A stretch of DNA of 64,000 nt from Bacteroidales bacterium (GCA_047638115.1 JBLJBB010000107.1:2808-66807); one strand, 5' to 3'. Shown: positions 25,744 to 35,370, counted from the stretch's first letter. Numbers and translations are program-made. Notes: a model not told the origin generated them from the letters alone.

Positions 25744-26280
25744 CTAGTTGGGATTGATATCTCCCAGATCGGGATCTAAAGCTTTATTACGAACAGTACA
25801 AAAGTACGCTTTGGGCTTTTTCTTAGCGCACTCTTTGAGGATCGCTTGTTTAAAGTTGTATTTATCTGTTTGAGGATTAGAGGTGTCAAGAACTTTTACG
25901 CTGTTTTTGAAAAAATACTTGTTTAGTAAAGAGGGGCCGTTACTGAAGTCAATGATACCGCAAAGTGTACCAAAAGGATTCATATCTTCAAAAACAAGGG
26001 GATGAATTGAGGCAACCCACAACAACAAAAAGGCCTCCTGGGTTCCCGTTTTTGCGATGGTCTCCACAATTTTTTGTTGTTCAATCAATGATTTAGAAAG
26101 GAGTAGTGTTTTTACCAAACTATCTACATAATTTTTGGGGATTTCATGAAGAAACGTGAGTTGGTAGGGGTCGGTAATCGATGAAACATTTTCCGGAGTT
26201 ACCAAAATGGGTTTGGCACATTGACTCCAAGAGAAGTTAATCATCAAGGAAACGAACAAAAAGAATAGCAATTTTTTCAT
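25744..26280 (-). CDS. hypothetical secreted protein
   Basis: Signal peptide MKKLLFFLFVSLMINFSWSQ. 178 aa. Confidence 0.5.
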   Translation of the reverse strand: MKKLLFFLFVSLMINFSWSQCAKPILVTPENVSSITDPYQLTFLHEIPKNYVDSLVKTLLLSKSLIEQQKIVETIAKTGTQEAFLLLWVASIHPLVFEDMNPFGTLCGIIDFSNGPSLLNKYFFKNSVKVLDTSNPQTDKYNFKQAILKECAKKKPKAYFCTVRNKALDPDLGDINPN

Positions 26281-26283
26281 ATT

Positions 26284-26502
26284 TTATTTTTTGGGAACAG
26301 TGTCTATATGATGATTAAAGTAGAAATTGAGTTCCACTTTCTCCACTCCAGGAAGTAAACTTATTTGGTTGATTTTAGTATAGAATTCAATATCAACAAT
26401 ATCTAAACTATATTTGAAATATTTCAGATTTCTTGCAGGACGTTGAGCATCCACTTCGGTAAACCCCAATTTTTTAAGTTGGGCATAGATCTCTTCTTCC
26501 AA
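26284..26502 (-). CDS. probable detached C-terminal part of the upstream 678-aa ORF (frameshift)
   Basis: TTG start only and no internal Met. Overlaps the 3' end of 26424..28460 by 79 nt in the -1 frame. The junction is at a T6 run (plus-strand A6, 26501-26506). Confidence 0.4.
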   Translation of the reverse strand: MEEEIYAQLKKLGFTEVDAQRPARNLKYFKYSLDIVDIEFYTKINQISLLPGVEKVELNFYFNHHIDTVPKK

Positions 26503-28445
26503 AAAATGACGTATTCCTGTTTTGAGAATTGAATGGGAACTCTCCTTATGCCTTGAATTAAGTAAGGTTCCCCAGGTTTTAAAAAAAAGAGATCTGTTCC
26601 TGTATCATTCGTAGATGTAGCATAGTTGTAAGTACAGGAAGCGATTCCGGAATGGGTTTGAACTCTTATGGAATCCGTATTTTCAAGACAATACATTGAA
26701 AATCCATTGTAGGTTTTTATAAAATTTGGAACGATCCAATTTCCGTTAACATAAATTTCAGGTTGCGCATTTGACACGGAGGAATCTGGATTATTTATTA
26801 CGATGGAGTACTTTTTGCTGTACTCTTTCCCGAAATGTGAATGGTTATCATAATCATAATAGAGCCACGATCCTACTTTCTCTCCAGTAAGGATCGCCAC
26901 CTCGCCATAACCAGTGGGAAGGCGTTGCGCATTCACTTCAACTGTAAATGCGGAAAAACCATTTACGCTTGTATTTCTGAAAGAGGTGATCCTATTGGTT
27001 TGGGGATCTCTCAAGATGGTTTTGTGTCCAGCTACAAAATAGCGTAAAGTTCCCGTAACCAACTGTTCTCCCGAAGTATTAAAGTAGCACCCATATTCAA
27101 ATTGTTTTATTTGATCCTCAGGGACAGATTCTTGTTTATTGAAATAGACATTAAACCTTTTCAAAGGGGAGACCGATGTTGGAATGGAAAAGGAGGGAGC
27201 ATTTACTGTTGCAGATGTCAAAGTTAATCGTTCTCTGCAATTATTAATAAACTGCAAGGAATCAAAAATGGAGATGGTGTGGTTTAGGGAATCTTCAATA
27301 ATGAGAATCGGAAGAAGCTTTAGGTCAGCATCAACCCGTTGCACACATCTGTTTAGTATTTGTGATTCATTTATTGGGGACGGATTATTCAAAAGGGTAT
27401 CAATACGAATAATGACCCAACGATTATTTTTAAACAGATAGTTTTGAGTGATCTTATAGGGAGGTGAATCTATTATTTTTGTGAATCTGGGAATATGATT
27501 AGAATCGATAAAAACATTGGCAGGTTCACTTAATTCGCGGTTAAATTTATATTTCTGAGTGATGGAATCAAACAAATAAAAATCATAATAGCTTTCTCTG
27601 ATTTCACCAGCTTTGGTCGGTTCATTTACTTTTGTAAGAATTTTTAAATCAAAAATATTTGGAGGATTATCTCCAAAAAGATCCACCATTTGTATGTTTT
27701 TATGGTGAGTTCCGGCAGTAAAGAAATAATCACTATTTATGGGAAGGTGTTGAATTGTTTTGAATGTTTTAGTTTCAATAACTTCAAAATTGTCCAATAC
27801 TCTTCCCGAATTTGAAAAATCATCATTATGATAATTGTTCATTGGATTATTAAGATGATATTTAAAAATGTAAGGAGGATAGGAGTAGAAAGTGTACACA
27901 GAATCTTTAACTTTGTCGATAATGATTTCAAAGGGTTTAAAAAGGGACCCATCATCTGCAATAAAGGTTCTATCTTTAGAGTCCCACTCTTTATCCAGTT
28001 TATGCTCACAAACGTTCAAAGAGGTCTCGATAGGGAGATAAATAAAGGTGGTATCATGATTATAAACTATCATTGCAAAATAGAAAGGTAAACAGTTTTG
28101 AGGATATAAAGAAGTATAAAATTGAGCCCAATAATAGTTTTCTAATTTAGGGAATGGAGCATTTCTTTTTTTGGGATGATCTGAATTTTTCTGAAATTGA
28201 ATCGGAGATGCCAAGTAAACAGATTCGGGTTCAGATTCGTCAAGAATATTCGTAAATAATTGATTTTTTTTCGCATCAGCGAGATAAATAGTGCAAGATT
28301 TCGTGAACGGGTTCCCATTTTCGTCCACAACGTTCAATACGAAGACATTTTGAAAATGATAGGTACAATTTTGAGCAAATCCCAATAAAAAAAAGGTATC
28401 AAAAATGATAAAAAAGAATACTATTAACCATGTTTTTTGAGTCAT
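26424..28445 (-). CDS. hypothetical large secreted protein (ORF-track start 28460)
   Basis: N-terminal hydrophobic signal (WLIVFFFIIFDTFFLLGFAQ). About 670 aa with no recognisable domain. Probably continues into 26284..26502 after a frameshift. Confidence 0.5.
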   Translation of the reverse strand: MTQKTWLIVFFFIIFDTFFLLGFAQNCTYHFQNVFVLNVVDENGNPFTKSCTIYLADAKKNQLFTNILDESEPESVYLASPIQFQKNSDHPKKRNAPFPKLENYYWAQFYTSLYPQNCLPFYFAMIVYNHDTTFIYLPIETSLNVCEHKLDKEWDSKDRTFIADDGSLFKPFEIIIDKVKDSVYTFYSYPPYIFKYHLNNPMNNYHNDDFSNSGRVLDNFEVIETKTFKTIQHLPINSDYFFTAGTHHKNIQMVDLFGDNPPNIFDLKILTKVNEPTKAGEIRESYYDFYLFDSITQKYKFNRELSEPANVFIDSNHIPRFTKIIDSPPYKITQNYLFKNNRWVIIRIDTLLNNPSPINESQILNRCVQRVDADLKLLPILIIEDSLNHTISIFDSLQFINNCRERLTLTSATVNAPSFSIPTSVSPLKRFNVYFNKQESVPEDQIKQFEYGCYFNTSGEQLVTGTLRYFVAGHKTILRDPQTNRITSFRNTSVNGFSAFTVEVNAQRLPTGYGEVAILTGEKVGSWLYYDYDNHSHFGKEYSKKYSIVINNPDSSVSNAQPEIYVNGNWIVPNFIKTYNGFSMYCLENTDSIRVQTHSGIASCTYNYATSTNDTGTDLFFLKPGEPYLIQGIRRVPIQFSKQEYVIFWKKRSMPNLKNWGLPKWMLNVLQEI

Positions 28446-28550
28446 ACTATTACAATTCATTCATTTTTGATACACAAATATTAAACAACCCTGATTCTGT
28501 TTTTAGGAAAGAGCTTGTTTTCTGTATTATCTCAATGAAATTTTAATAAA

Positions 28551-29357
28551 TCAATGCGTTAATTGAACATCGTTGTAAGTAGTACCATTGATGGTAATAT
28601 CAACCAGGTTATCTAATGTTCCATCACCAAAATCGATAACAATATCTCTATTTCCAATTTCTAAATGGAGCACTCCTTGAACGATGTAGTGGTAAGCCAT
28701 TTTTCGAACTAAAGGAGTTGTTACTTCGTGAACATATGCAATATTGTTTCTATTTGTACCTGTAAAAGTACCCACAATTTCGTAAGTATTATCCCAGATA
28801 AGGTATGGTGTGTTCATCCCTTCAATTTGAGTTCTTGTTTTTTGTCCAGATCTGGTGTAAGTTGTCCCATCTGTAAAACTAATCATACAGTTTGTTAGCA
28901 AAATCGTATGGGTAAAAGGAGCTGTTTTGGTTATCGTTATCGATCCAGTAATCAAATTATTATCAATTGTGAAGTTGTTGAAAGTAATAAATTTTATAAA
29001 AGTTGAATCTGTTGGTGCTCCAATAATATGAATATTTATGATTCCATTTTTGACGTGTGAATTGGCAAAATTTGGGTTTGAATAGTTTACATAAGTAACA
29101 GTAACAGTAATTGACCCATCTGGATTGTTCACAATGGTGAAAGTTTTAGAACCATCTTTAGAACCATTTTTATCAATAGTTATGAAATCTGAAAACTCAT
29201 CAGCTTCTGCAACGATATCATCCATCATATTATCTACACGAATATCATCACGTGCAGCATTTTTTCTAAAGTCATCATTTTGATCTCTTTCACAAGAGGT
29301 AAAAACAGCGGTTGCAAAAAATGCAACTAAAATAAGCATTAAAGGAATTTTTTTCAT
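28551..29357 (-). CDS. hypothetical lipoprotein
   Basis: Signal peptide with lipobox (VFTSC). 268 aa, Thr/Asn/Ile-rich and beta-rich. Confidence 0.5.
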   Translation of the reverse strand: MKKIPLMLILVAFFATAVFTSCERDQNDDFRKNAARDDIRVDNMMDDIVAEADEFSDFITIDKNGSKDGSKTFTIVNNPDGSITVTVTYVNYSNPNFANSHVKNGIINIHIIGAPTDSTFIKFITFNNFTIDNNLITGSITITKTAPFTHTILLTNCMISFTDGTTYTRSGQKTRTQIEGMNTPYLIWDNTYEIVGTFTGTNRNNIAYVHEVTTPLVRKMAYHYIVQGVLHLEIGNRDIVIDFGDGTLDNLVDITINGTTYNDVQLTH

Positions 29358-29552
29358 ACTAACAAAATTTTATGTTTTAAAAAAATATCTTTTTTTCAAT
29401 TGAATATCAACTGAATGAGGTTTCATAAATAAGTAACTATCTATTTAGACATTTATTTTATGAAAAGTTAATTTTTAAAATGATTTTGTGCCCAAATTGT
29501 TTTCATATTTTTTTGTTCAATCTGGTTCACAATCTTGAGACCTAAATTAAAA

Positions 29553-30791
29553 TTAATCTAACCTATGAACATATCCAAAACTTAACTCTGAAAAATCAGC
29601 TTGTCCTAAGTTCGCATTCACATGTGCCCCTATAAAAAAATTGTGTTCAGGATCATCGGAAGCATTATATAAGTAAGCTTTTAAGCCAATCCTAGAATTC
29701 AAATTTTTCTTTAAGAAGTATTTTGTTGGATTTTCTGGACTATACAAATCACAGTATGTTTTATAAAAGGGTTTATATAGATTTAAACCACCTTCAAAGG
29801 TAAATCCAAAATGTCCATAAATAAATTCTAAGCCATTTAAGATGTAAAAGTTAGATGCAAAAGCTAATGCTGAACTACTTTTTTCGATATCTGCATGTTG
29901 TACAGTTTTGTAAAGCTCGCTAAAGTGCTCATAATAACGGTATCCAAAACCTACATAAAATTTAAACCCTCCGTTAAGAAACAATCCTGCCATAAAATTT
30001 GATCCATAAACGTTTCTTTTAGGACCATACTGTGGTCCCAAAGGGCCACCCAATTCGTGAAATCCAATGATGGGATTGATTTGTAAAAAATAGGTTATTT
30101 TTTTCTTTGAATTAGGTTTATTAAAAGTTTTTTTTGGATTAAAAGGTGTGGTTTGATCAAATTGTAGGAAAGAGAGATTGGCCACTAAAGCATTGATACC
30201 CATATTTGGTAATTGTGTGTGTCCATTGGAACTGTGTGCATATCCAATCCCTAATCTTAATATGCCATATCGTGAAGTTATAAGATTCTGACGAATATTT
30301 AATTCAAATGCCCAATTTATAGGTGATCCAAGTGAGAAATTTTGAATATTAGTTCTAAAATTTTGAGTAGTATAACTGACTCCTAATCCAATTTTAACTG
30401 TGGGTCTGTTTTTAAGCTGTTTCCCAACCACATATTCTACAAATGGGATCGCTTTCAATTCATAACCATACAGATTAGGGTCTCCTAGATTTGTGATCCC
30501 AAAAGTGATCCCAGTGAAAGGGTAGTTGTGGAACTTTGTCCAGTTTTTATGGGGGTCATTTTGGAGTTTTCCAAAACTTAGAAGTACAGAATAGAGAGGT
30601 CCTGGCTCGATAAAACGCTCATTGTTAGGAAATAGTTTTCCTGATCGTAACTCAAGTTCATAGAAACGAATGGTTGTACTATCTTCAGATCTTTGATCAA
30701 GAGGTGATGCTATATTGGTAAAACTTAATGATGTGCATAATATGAAGAGTAGCACTATTTTAGATTTCAAAAAGAGTTTTGTCGTTTTCAT
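29553..30791 (-). CDS. acyloxyacyl hydrolase (PagL-like lipid A deacylase family) outer-membrane protein (ORF-track TTG start 30878)
   Basis: Signal peptide after Met30. Conserved block GIGYAHSSNGHTQLPNMGINA (H-x-SNG ... N-x-G-x-N) is typical of the family. Confidence 0.6.
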   Translation of the reverse strand: MKTTKLFLKSKIVLLFILCTSLSFTNIASPLDQRSEDSTTIRFYELELRSGKLFPNNERFIEPGPLYSVLLSFGKLQNDPHKNWTKFHNYPFTGITFGITNLGDPNLYGYELKAIPFVEYVVGKQLKNRPTVKIGLGVSYTTQNFRTNIQNFSLGSPINWAFELNIRQNLITSRYGILRLGIGYAHSSNGHTQLPNMGINALVANLSFLQFDQTTPFNPKKTFNKPNSKKKITYFLQINPIIGFHELGGPLGPQYGPKRNVYGSNFMAGLFLNGGFKFYVGFGYRYYEHFSELYKTVQHADIEKSSSALAFASNFYILNGLEFIYGHFGFTFEGGLNLYKPFYKTYCDLYSPENPTKYFLKKNLNSRIGLKAYLYNASDDPEHNFFIGAHVNANLGQADFSELSFGYVHRLD

Positions 30792-30910
30792 TAAAATTGA
30801 ATAACATTCTTGATCAGTTTTTTGATGGGTATGCAAAAATAGTGAAAATGTTTGAAATGAACTTCTTATTTTTTCCAATTCTCTAGTTTCATTTTGCTCC
30901 CAAACCTAAT

Positions 30911-31366
30911 TTACATGGGAATATTAAGTGATTCTGATAACTTCTCCATTTGAAACTGTAGCTCGATTTGAGAATCAAATTTCATTAATGTCATAATGGG
31001 CATATCGTTTTGATCATATAAAATGAGTGCAAACTTGGTTTCTGAAACACTCACTTGTCTGTTAGAAAGACTCCTCATGGTAAAACCTTCGTTGATACTT
31101 TTATAACCTAAACTCATGTTAGAATCCACTGCAATCCACTTCCCGACAGGAATAATTCCACCATACACCTCCTGGGTTTTTACTCTTCTTTTGGTTGTAT
31201 CAATAATGGCAACTCTTTTAGAAAATCCAAAAAACATACCCGCCAAAATAATAAAAATTGCTTTCCATGTGCTAAAGATCGTTATAACTCCAATTCCAAC
31301 AAAAATTGATCCAATTATAGGAGAATTAGGCCCAAAAATATTTGATAATTTCGTTTTAAAAATCAT
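30911..31366 (-). CDS. hypothetical membrane protein
   Basis: Two N-terminal TM helices followed by a ~90-aa soluble domain. 4 nt downstream of the DUF4249 gene. Confidence 0.45.
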   Translation of the reverse strand: MIFKTKLSNIFGPNSPIIGSIFVGIGVITIFSTWKAIFIILAGMFFGFSKRVAIIDTTKRRVKTQEVYGGIIPVGKWIAVDSNMSLGYKSINEGFTMRSLSNRQVSVSETKFALILYDQNDMPIMTLMKFDSQIELQFQMEKLSESLNIPM

Positions 31367-31369
31367 TTT

Positions 31370-32257
31370 TTATTTATTTTTACCCCAAATCCACCCATCA
31401 GCTAATTTAGGAATAACAAAGTTTATACTAGAGTTAGAATAACCACCAAATATTCCTAGCCCATTATTAATATTGGTATACATCATTACGGGTTCAGCCA
31501 AAAATGAATTTTGAGCATCCCAATAAGAACTTAGTCGTAAATAATACAGATACATCTCTTTAGAAATCGAGTTACAACGAATTTGAATTGGGTTAATCTC
31601 CTCAGTAAAATTATTGATTTCTAAGTCAAATCCTAAAGTTTTAGATATCCCATTGATCAATTTGTCAGAAAATACAGCATAGTTTAGATATTGGTCATTT
31701 CCGTTCTCTACAACCTTTTCAGTACTATAAAAGGAGATCGGGTATTCGTACATAGATTGGTGAAATGTTACCATATAGTAATTTTCTTCATTGACAGGAT
31801 CGGAAACTTTAAGATTAAAACGTAAATATTCAGTGGTTTGCTCAAATTGTAAATGGTTCACTCTGGAAGTGTCAACAAATTCACATCCTATACTATTTGG
31901 AATTGAGGTTTGAGCAGAAGCCGTTTCACCAGTTTTAGTAACTTCAATAGTGTATGAAAACCCCTTTTCTGGAATATAATCATCCGTAGTATAAACCCCC
32001 AATTCGGTTTCATGTAAAGTGGCTACAACTGTTCCCTCTTTCGATAATCTTACAGTGGCTTGAATTATCGGTTCAAAATCATATGTTCCATCTAGAATAA
32101 ACTTACTCCGATGAAGAAAAACAACAGGATTCTCTTGATCGTTGATGATTGAATTTATGGTAATTTTTCTACCCTCATTCGGAATCTCCATATCAATAAA
32201 AGTTTCACAAGAAACAACGAAAATGGATGTTATTATAATTAGAATAATCTTTTTCAT
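31370..32257 (-). CDS. DUF4249 family lipoprotein
   Basis: Lipobox FVVSC. C-terminal NINNGLGIFGGYS block is typical of DUF4249. Immediately downstream of a TonB-dependent receptor, as is usual for this family. Confidence 0.6.
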   Translation of the reverse strand: MKKIILIIITSIFVVSCETFIDMEIPNEGRKITINSIINDQENPVVFLHRSKFILDGTYDFEPIIQATVRLSKEGTVVATLHETELGVYTTDDYIPEKGFSYTIEVTKTGETASAQTSIPNSIGCEFVDTSRVNHLQFEQTTEYLRFNLKVSDPVNEENYYMVTFHQSMYEYPISFYSTEKVVENGNDQYLNYAVFSDKLINGISKTLGFDLEINNFTEEINPIQIRCNSISKEMYLYYLRLSSYWDAQNSFLAEPVMMYTNINNGLGIFGGYSNSSINFVIPKLADGWIWGKNK

Positions 32258-32261
32258 GATA

Positions 32262-34688
32262 CTAAAATTTAAAAGAGTAAGAAAATGAAGGTATAATTGG
32301 AAAAAGACTAATTTGTTTTAATCTTGTTACTAATTCCCCCGTTTGAACATCAAATGTTTCATCGAATGTTAGCATATAAGGATTTTTTCTGTTATACACA
32401 TTGTAAATATTTATACTCCATGTTCTTTCACCTCTTTTCAATTTCTTATGAAAGTTGATCCCAAAATCGAGTCTGTGATATGATGGCATTCTAAATCCAT
32501 TACGCTCTTTGTAGTATTCTATAGGTTGAAAATTGGGATTTAATAAAGAGGAGAATTCTGAAAATCCGTTATACCTTTCAATAGGTAAATTCAATGCATT
32601 TCCTGATCCATACACCCATACTACCCCAATGTCAATGCGATCATTAAACTTATAGTTTCCAACTACTGAAACATCGTGTCTGCGATCATATTTATAGGGG
32701 AAAGGTTTCCCAAAGTTTAAGTTTTCAAAAGTTCTGTTCACCCAAGAAAGCGTATAGCCAATCCACCCTGTAAAATCTCCTTCGTTTCTGCGAATCAGTA
32801 ATTCCATACCATATGCGTTCCCATTGCCAACTTCAATTTCTGTTTCCCAAGATTCAGAAATACTTGCTGTCATAAAACTGGAACCCTCTTTGTATTCAAT
32901 GAGATTGGTCATATTTTTATAATACCCCTCTATGCCAATCTCGATCCCATACTTAAAATCGTGAAAAATCCCTGCAGCATATTGCCAAGAATCTTGAGGT
33001 TTAATGGTTTCTGTAACGGGCAACCACAAATCTGTTGGGAGTCCGATGCTGCTATTGGTTAACAACACAATATATTGTGTCATTTTCGAAACTGCCGCTT
33101 TTACAGACCAATTTTTCGCAAAAATATACCTGCCATTAAAACGGGGTTGTATAGAATAGTAAAATTGCCCTTTAACGGGAAACATACTCGCATGAATTCC
33201 ACCATTCAATTTTAATTTGGAATTCACAGTATATTCATCCTCAATATAAAACGATATTTCATGAGTATATACTAATTTGTTTCCAAAGGAGAGATCCAAA
33301 ACCTCATTGGTGTAACCATTTTTGGATTTAAAGCTTGCCTTGCCAGGTGTAAAAGTATGATAAATATCCGATCCTCCTAATAAAATACGATGTTTTGGGG
33401 AAGGCAAATACTCAAAATCTGCTTTTAAGCTCCAATCTTGAATTCCAGATAAATAATTCAAATTGTCATAAAATTCAAAAATTTGAGTTGGATAGGTTTC
33501 ACGCCTTTCCATACCTGTTCCTACATTAAAACGAAATCTACTGTAAGTAAAAGTTACATTTGAAAACCATTGTTTGTTAAAAATATGGTTCCACCGTAAA
33601 GCCGCAATCATATTACCCCAATCTAATCCCATATTATCATTGCTACTATATTTTATGTTGTCAAAATCGGTATATTCATAATACGATTTGACATAAGCTC
33701 TATCTTTTCCGCCGTACATGCTTAAATACAAGCGATCTTTAGGAGAAATGGTGTAGTTCAATTTGACATTCAGATCGTAAAAATAGTATCCCCCGGTGGT
33801 TCCACCATCTGGGTTGTTTTTATTATTGATCCAAAGTATAAAAGGTTGCGCTAAAACATCCAAGTAGGTTCTTCTGGCAGAGATGATAAAGCTCGCTTTA
33901 TTCTTGATAATGGGGCCTTCAATCGTCAATTTGGACGCAATCAAACCCACAGAAACCTCTCCATGGTATGTTTTGTTATTCCCCTCTTTCATGCGGATAT
34001 CCAAAACAGATGATAATCTTCCTCCATATCGAGCAGGAAATCCCCCTTTAATTAAGGAAACATGTTGTATTGCTTCTGGATTAAAAACGGAGAAAAATCC
34101 AAAAAGGTGATCTGCGTTATACACCGGTACACCATCTAATAAAATCAAATTTTGATCAGGACCGCCACCTCGGACGTACAATCCAGATGAACCTTCACCA
34201 CCAGAATGGACACCAGGAAACAGTTGAATCGCTTTAAAAAGATCTTTTTCTCCCAGAAACATTGGCATAGATTTTAATGTATGTAAAGGAATCTCCACTT
34301 CGGACATTTGTGTTTGTTCCACCTGACTCTCTTTTTGAGCAATGATCTCCACTTCTGCCAGTTTTGTAGACTTTTTCAGAGCCACCTGAATCAGTGTATC
34401 TCGTTGTAAAACAAACTCTAAGTATTTGTTTTCGAATCCAATATAAGAAAATCGAAGCTTAACTGGGGCTTTAGGTAAGGTTAAAGAGAAGTACCCATAA
34501 GCATTGGTAATGATCCCATTATTAGAAATTTCATCAAAGATCACGCCCCCAATTAATCGTTCTCCAGAGCTCTCATCCTCTATATATCCACTAACTGTAA
34601 ATTTCTGAGCATAAGCAAATTGAAAGAAAAGGATAGAGATGCAAACCAGAACAAATGTTCGAAGAATATTAAAATTTTTTTGTTTCAT
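32262..34688 (-). CDS. TonB-dependent receptor with N-terminal carboxypeptidase-regulatory-like domain (alternative start 34703)
   Basis: Signal peptide ..FAYAQ, CarbopepD_reg-like N-terminus (FTVSGYIEDESSGERLIGG), plug region, long barrel, and terminal aromatic residue (..SYSFKF). Confidence 0.88.
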   Translation of the reverse strand: MKQKNFNILRTFVLVCISILFFQFAYAQKFTVSGYIEDESSGERLIGGVIFDEISNNGIITNAYGYFSLTLPKAPVKLRFSYIGFENKYLEFVLQRDTLIQVALKKSTKLAEVEIIAQKESQVEQTQMSEVEIPLHTLKSMPMFLGEKDLFKAIQLFPGVHSGGEGSSGLYVRGGGPDQNLILLDGVPVYNADHLFGFFSVFNPEAIQHVSLIKGGFPARYGGRLSSVLDIRMKEGNNKTYHGEVSVGLIASKLTIEGPIIKNKASFIISARRTYLDVLAQPFILWINNKNNPDGGTTGGYYFYDLNVKLNYTISPKDRLYLSMYGGKDRAYVKSYYEYTDFDNIKYSSNDNMGLDWGNMIAALRWNHIFNKQWFSNVTFTYSRFRFNVGTGMERRETYPTQIFEFYDNLNYLSGIQDWSLKADFEYLPSPKHRILLGGSDIYHTFTPGKASFKSKNGYTNEVLDLSFGNKLVYTHEISFYIEDEYTVNSKLKLNGGIHASMFPVKGQFYYSIQPRFNGRYIFAKNWSVKAAVSKMTQYIVLLTNSSIGLPTDLWLPVTETIKPQDSWQYAAGIFHDFKYGIEIGIEGYYKNMTNLIEYKEGSSFMTASISESWETEIEVGNGNAYGMELLIRRNEGDFTGWIGYTLSWVNRTFENLNFGKPFPYKYDRRHDVSVVGNYKFNDRIDIGVVWVYGSGNALNLPIERYNGFSEFSSLLNPNFQPIEYYKERNGFRMPSYHRLDFGINFHKKLKRGERTWSINIYNVYNRKNPYMLTFDETFDVQTGELVTRLKQISLFPIIPSFSYSFKF

Positions 34689-34740
34689 ATAGATAAATTT
34701 CAATGTTTTAACTAAAATTATGAATTAAAAAATCAAGCAG

Positions 34741-34748
34741 CAAATATA
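34741..34748 (-). promoter_or_regulatory. -7 box upstream of the TonB-dependent receptor operon
   Basis: Minus-strand TATATTTG. Confidence 0.45.
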
Positions 34749-34787
34749 CAAAACATTATTCACTATTCGTTATTCATTATTCACTCA

Positions 34788-34955
34788 TTTTGGGCATTCC
34801 GGCTCGCTGCGCTCGCCGTCGGTCTCCGCTTCCAAGTCCGCGCTCGCCAGCCGTGTGACTGCATGGTCGTAAAAGGAGCTCCCGTTGGTCGCTCTTTTCC
34901 TCCCTGCATCACAACGTCTTTCTCGCTTGCGGGCTTTCCAGCTTCGCCCTAATGC
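34788..34955 (+). repeat. GC-rich interspersed element, family A copy 2
   Basis: TTTGGGCATTCCGG...CCCTAATGC. Collinear with the reverse complement of 24488-24673 and 58978-59160, except that the long hairpin is replaced by 13 nt. Spurious ORF 34785..34967 runs through it. Confidence 0.9.
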
Positions 34956-35012
34956 ACTTGGGCGCAAGGTTAAGGGCCAATGGCCAAGGGCTTTCAGCTG
35001 TCAGTTTTTTTT

Positions 35013-35052
35013 AAGGTTTAAAGGTTTAACGCTTCGCTGTTTAAGGGTTTAA
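35013..35052 (+). repeat. GGTTTAACGCTTCGCTG module, copy 1
   Basis: AAGGTTTAAAGGTTTAACGCTTCGCTGTTTAAGGGTTTAA here versus GGGTTTAAAGGTTTAACGCTTCGCTGATTCAGGGTTAAT at 57538. Confidence 0.8.
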
Positions 35053-35095
35053 TTCAATTGCCTTATACTTTAGTGCAAGGCAATTTTGAGTAAGA

Positions 35096-35139
35096 ATTAA
35101 CCACAAAGAACACAAAGTTTTAACAAAGTTATACAAAGG
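35096..35139 (+). repeat. AACCACAAAG-type repeat module, copy 2
   Basis: See 12795-12838. Confidence 0.8.
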
Positions 35140-35202
35140 AGTTCAGTCTTTATTCACTAATTTATTTGCATGTAAATAAGTTAGTTGCACATTCCCCTCC
35201 AC

Positions 35203-35240
35203 TGGAGGGGTGGCCGCAGGCCAGGGTGGTTTCTTATAAA
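35203..35240 (+). repeat. GC hairpin module CCCCTCC-ACT-GGAGGGG followed by GTGGCCGCAGGCCAGGGTGG
   Basis: 7-bp G/C stem. Only one copy in this window. Confidence 0.5.
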
Positions 35241-35277
35241 AAACGGCAAAGCTCGCAAAGAACTTTGTGATCATTTC

Positions 35278-35345
35278 TTACTAACAAATACCCAAAACTC
35301 TAACCGCAAAGTTCGCAAAGATTTTTCGCAAAGCTTGCAAAGAAC
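35278..35345 (+). repeat. CGCAAAG repeat module, copy 1
   Basis: TAACAAATACCCAAAACTCTAACCGCAAAGTTCGCAAAGATTTTTCGCAAAGCTTGCAAAGAAC, collinear with 57791-57853. Confidence 0.85.
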
Positions 35346-35370
35346 TTTTTTGAAATTTTTCTTAGAAAAG

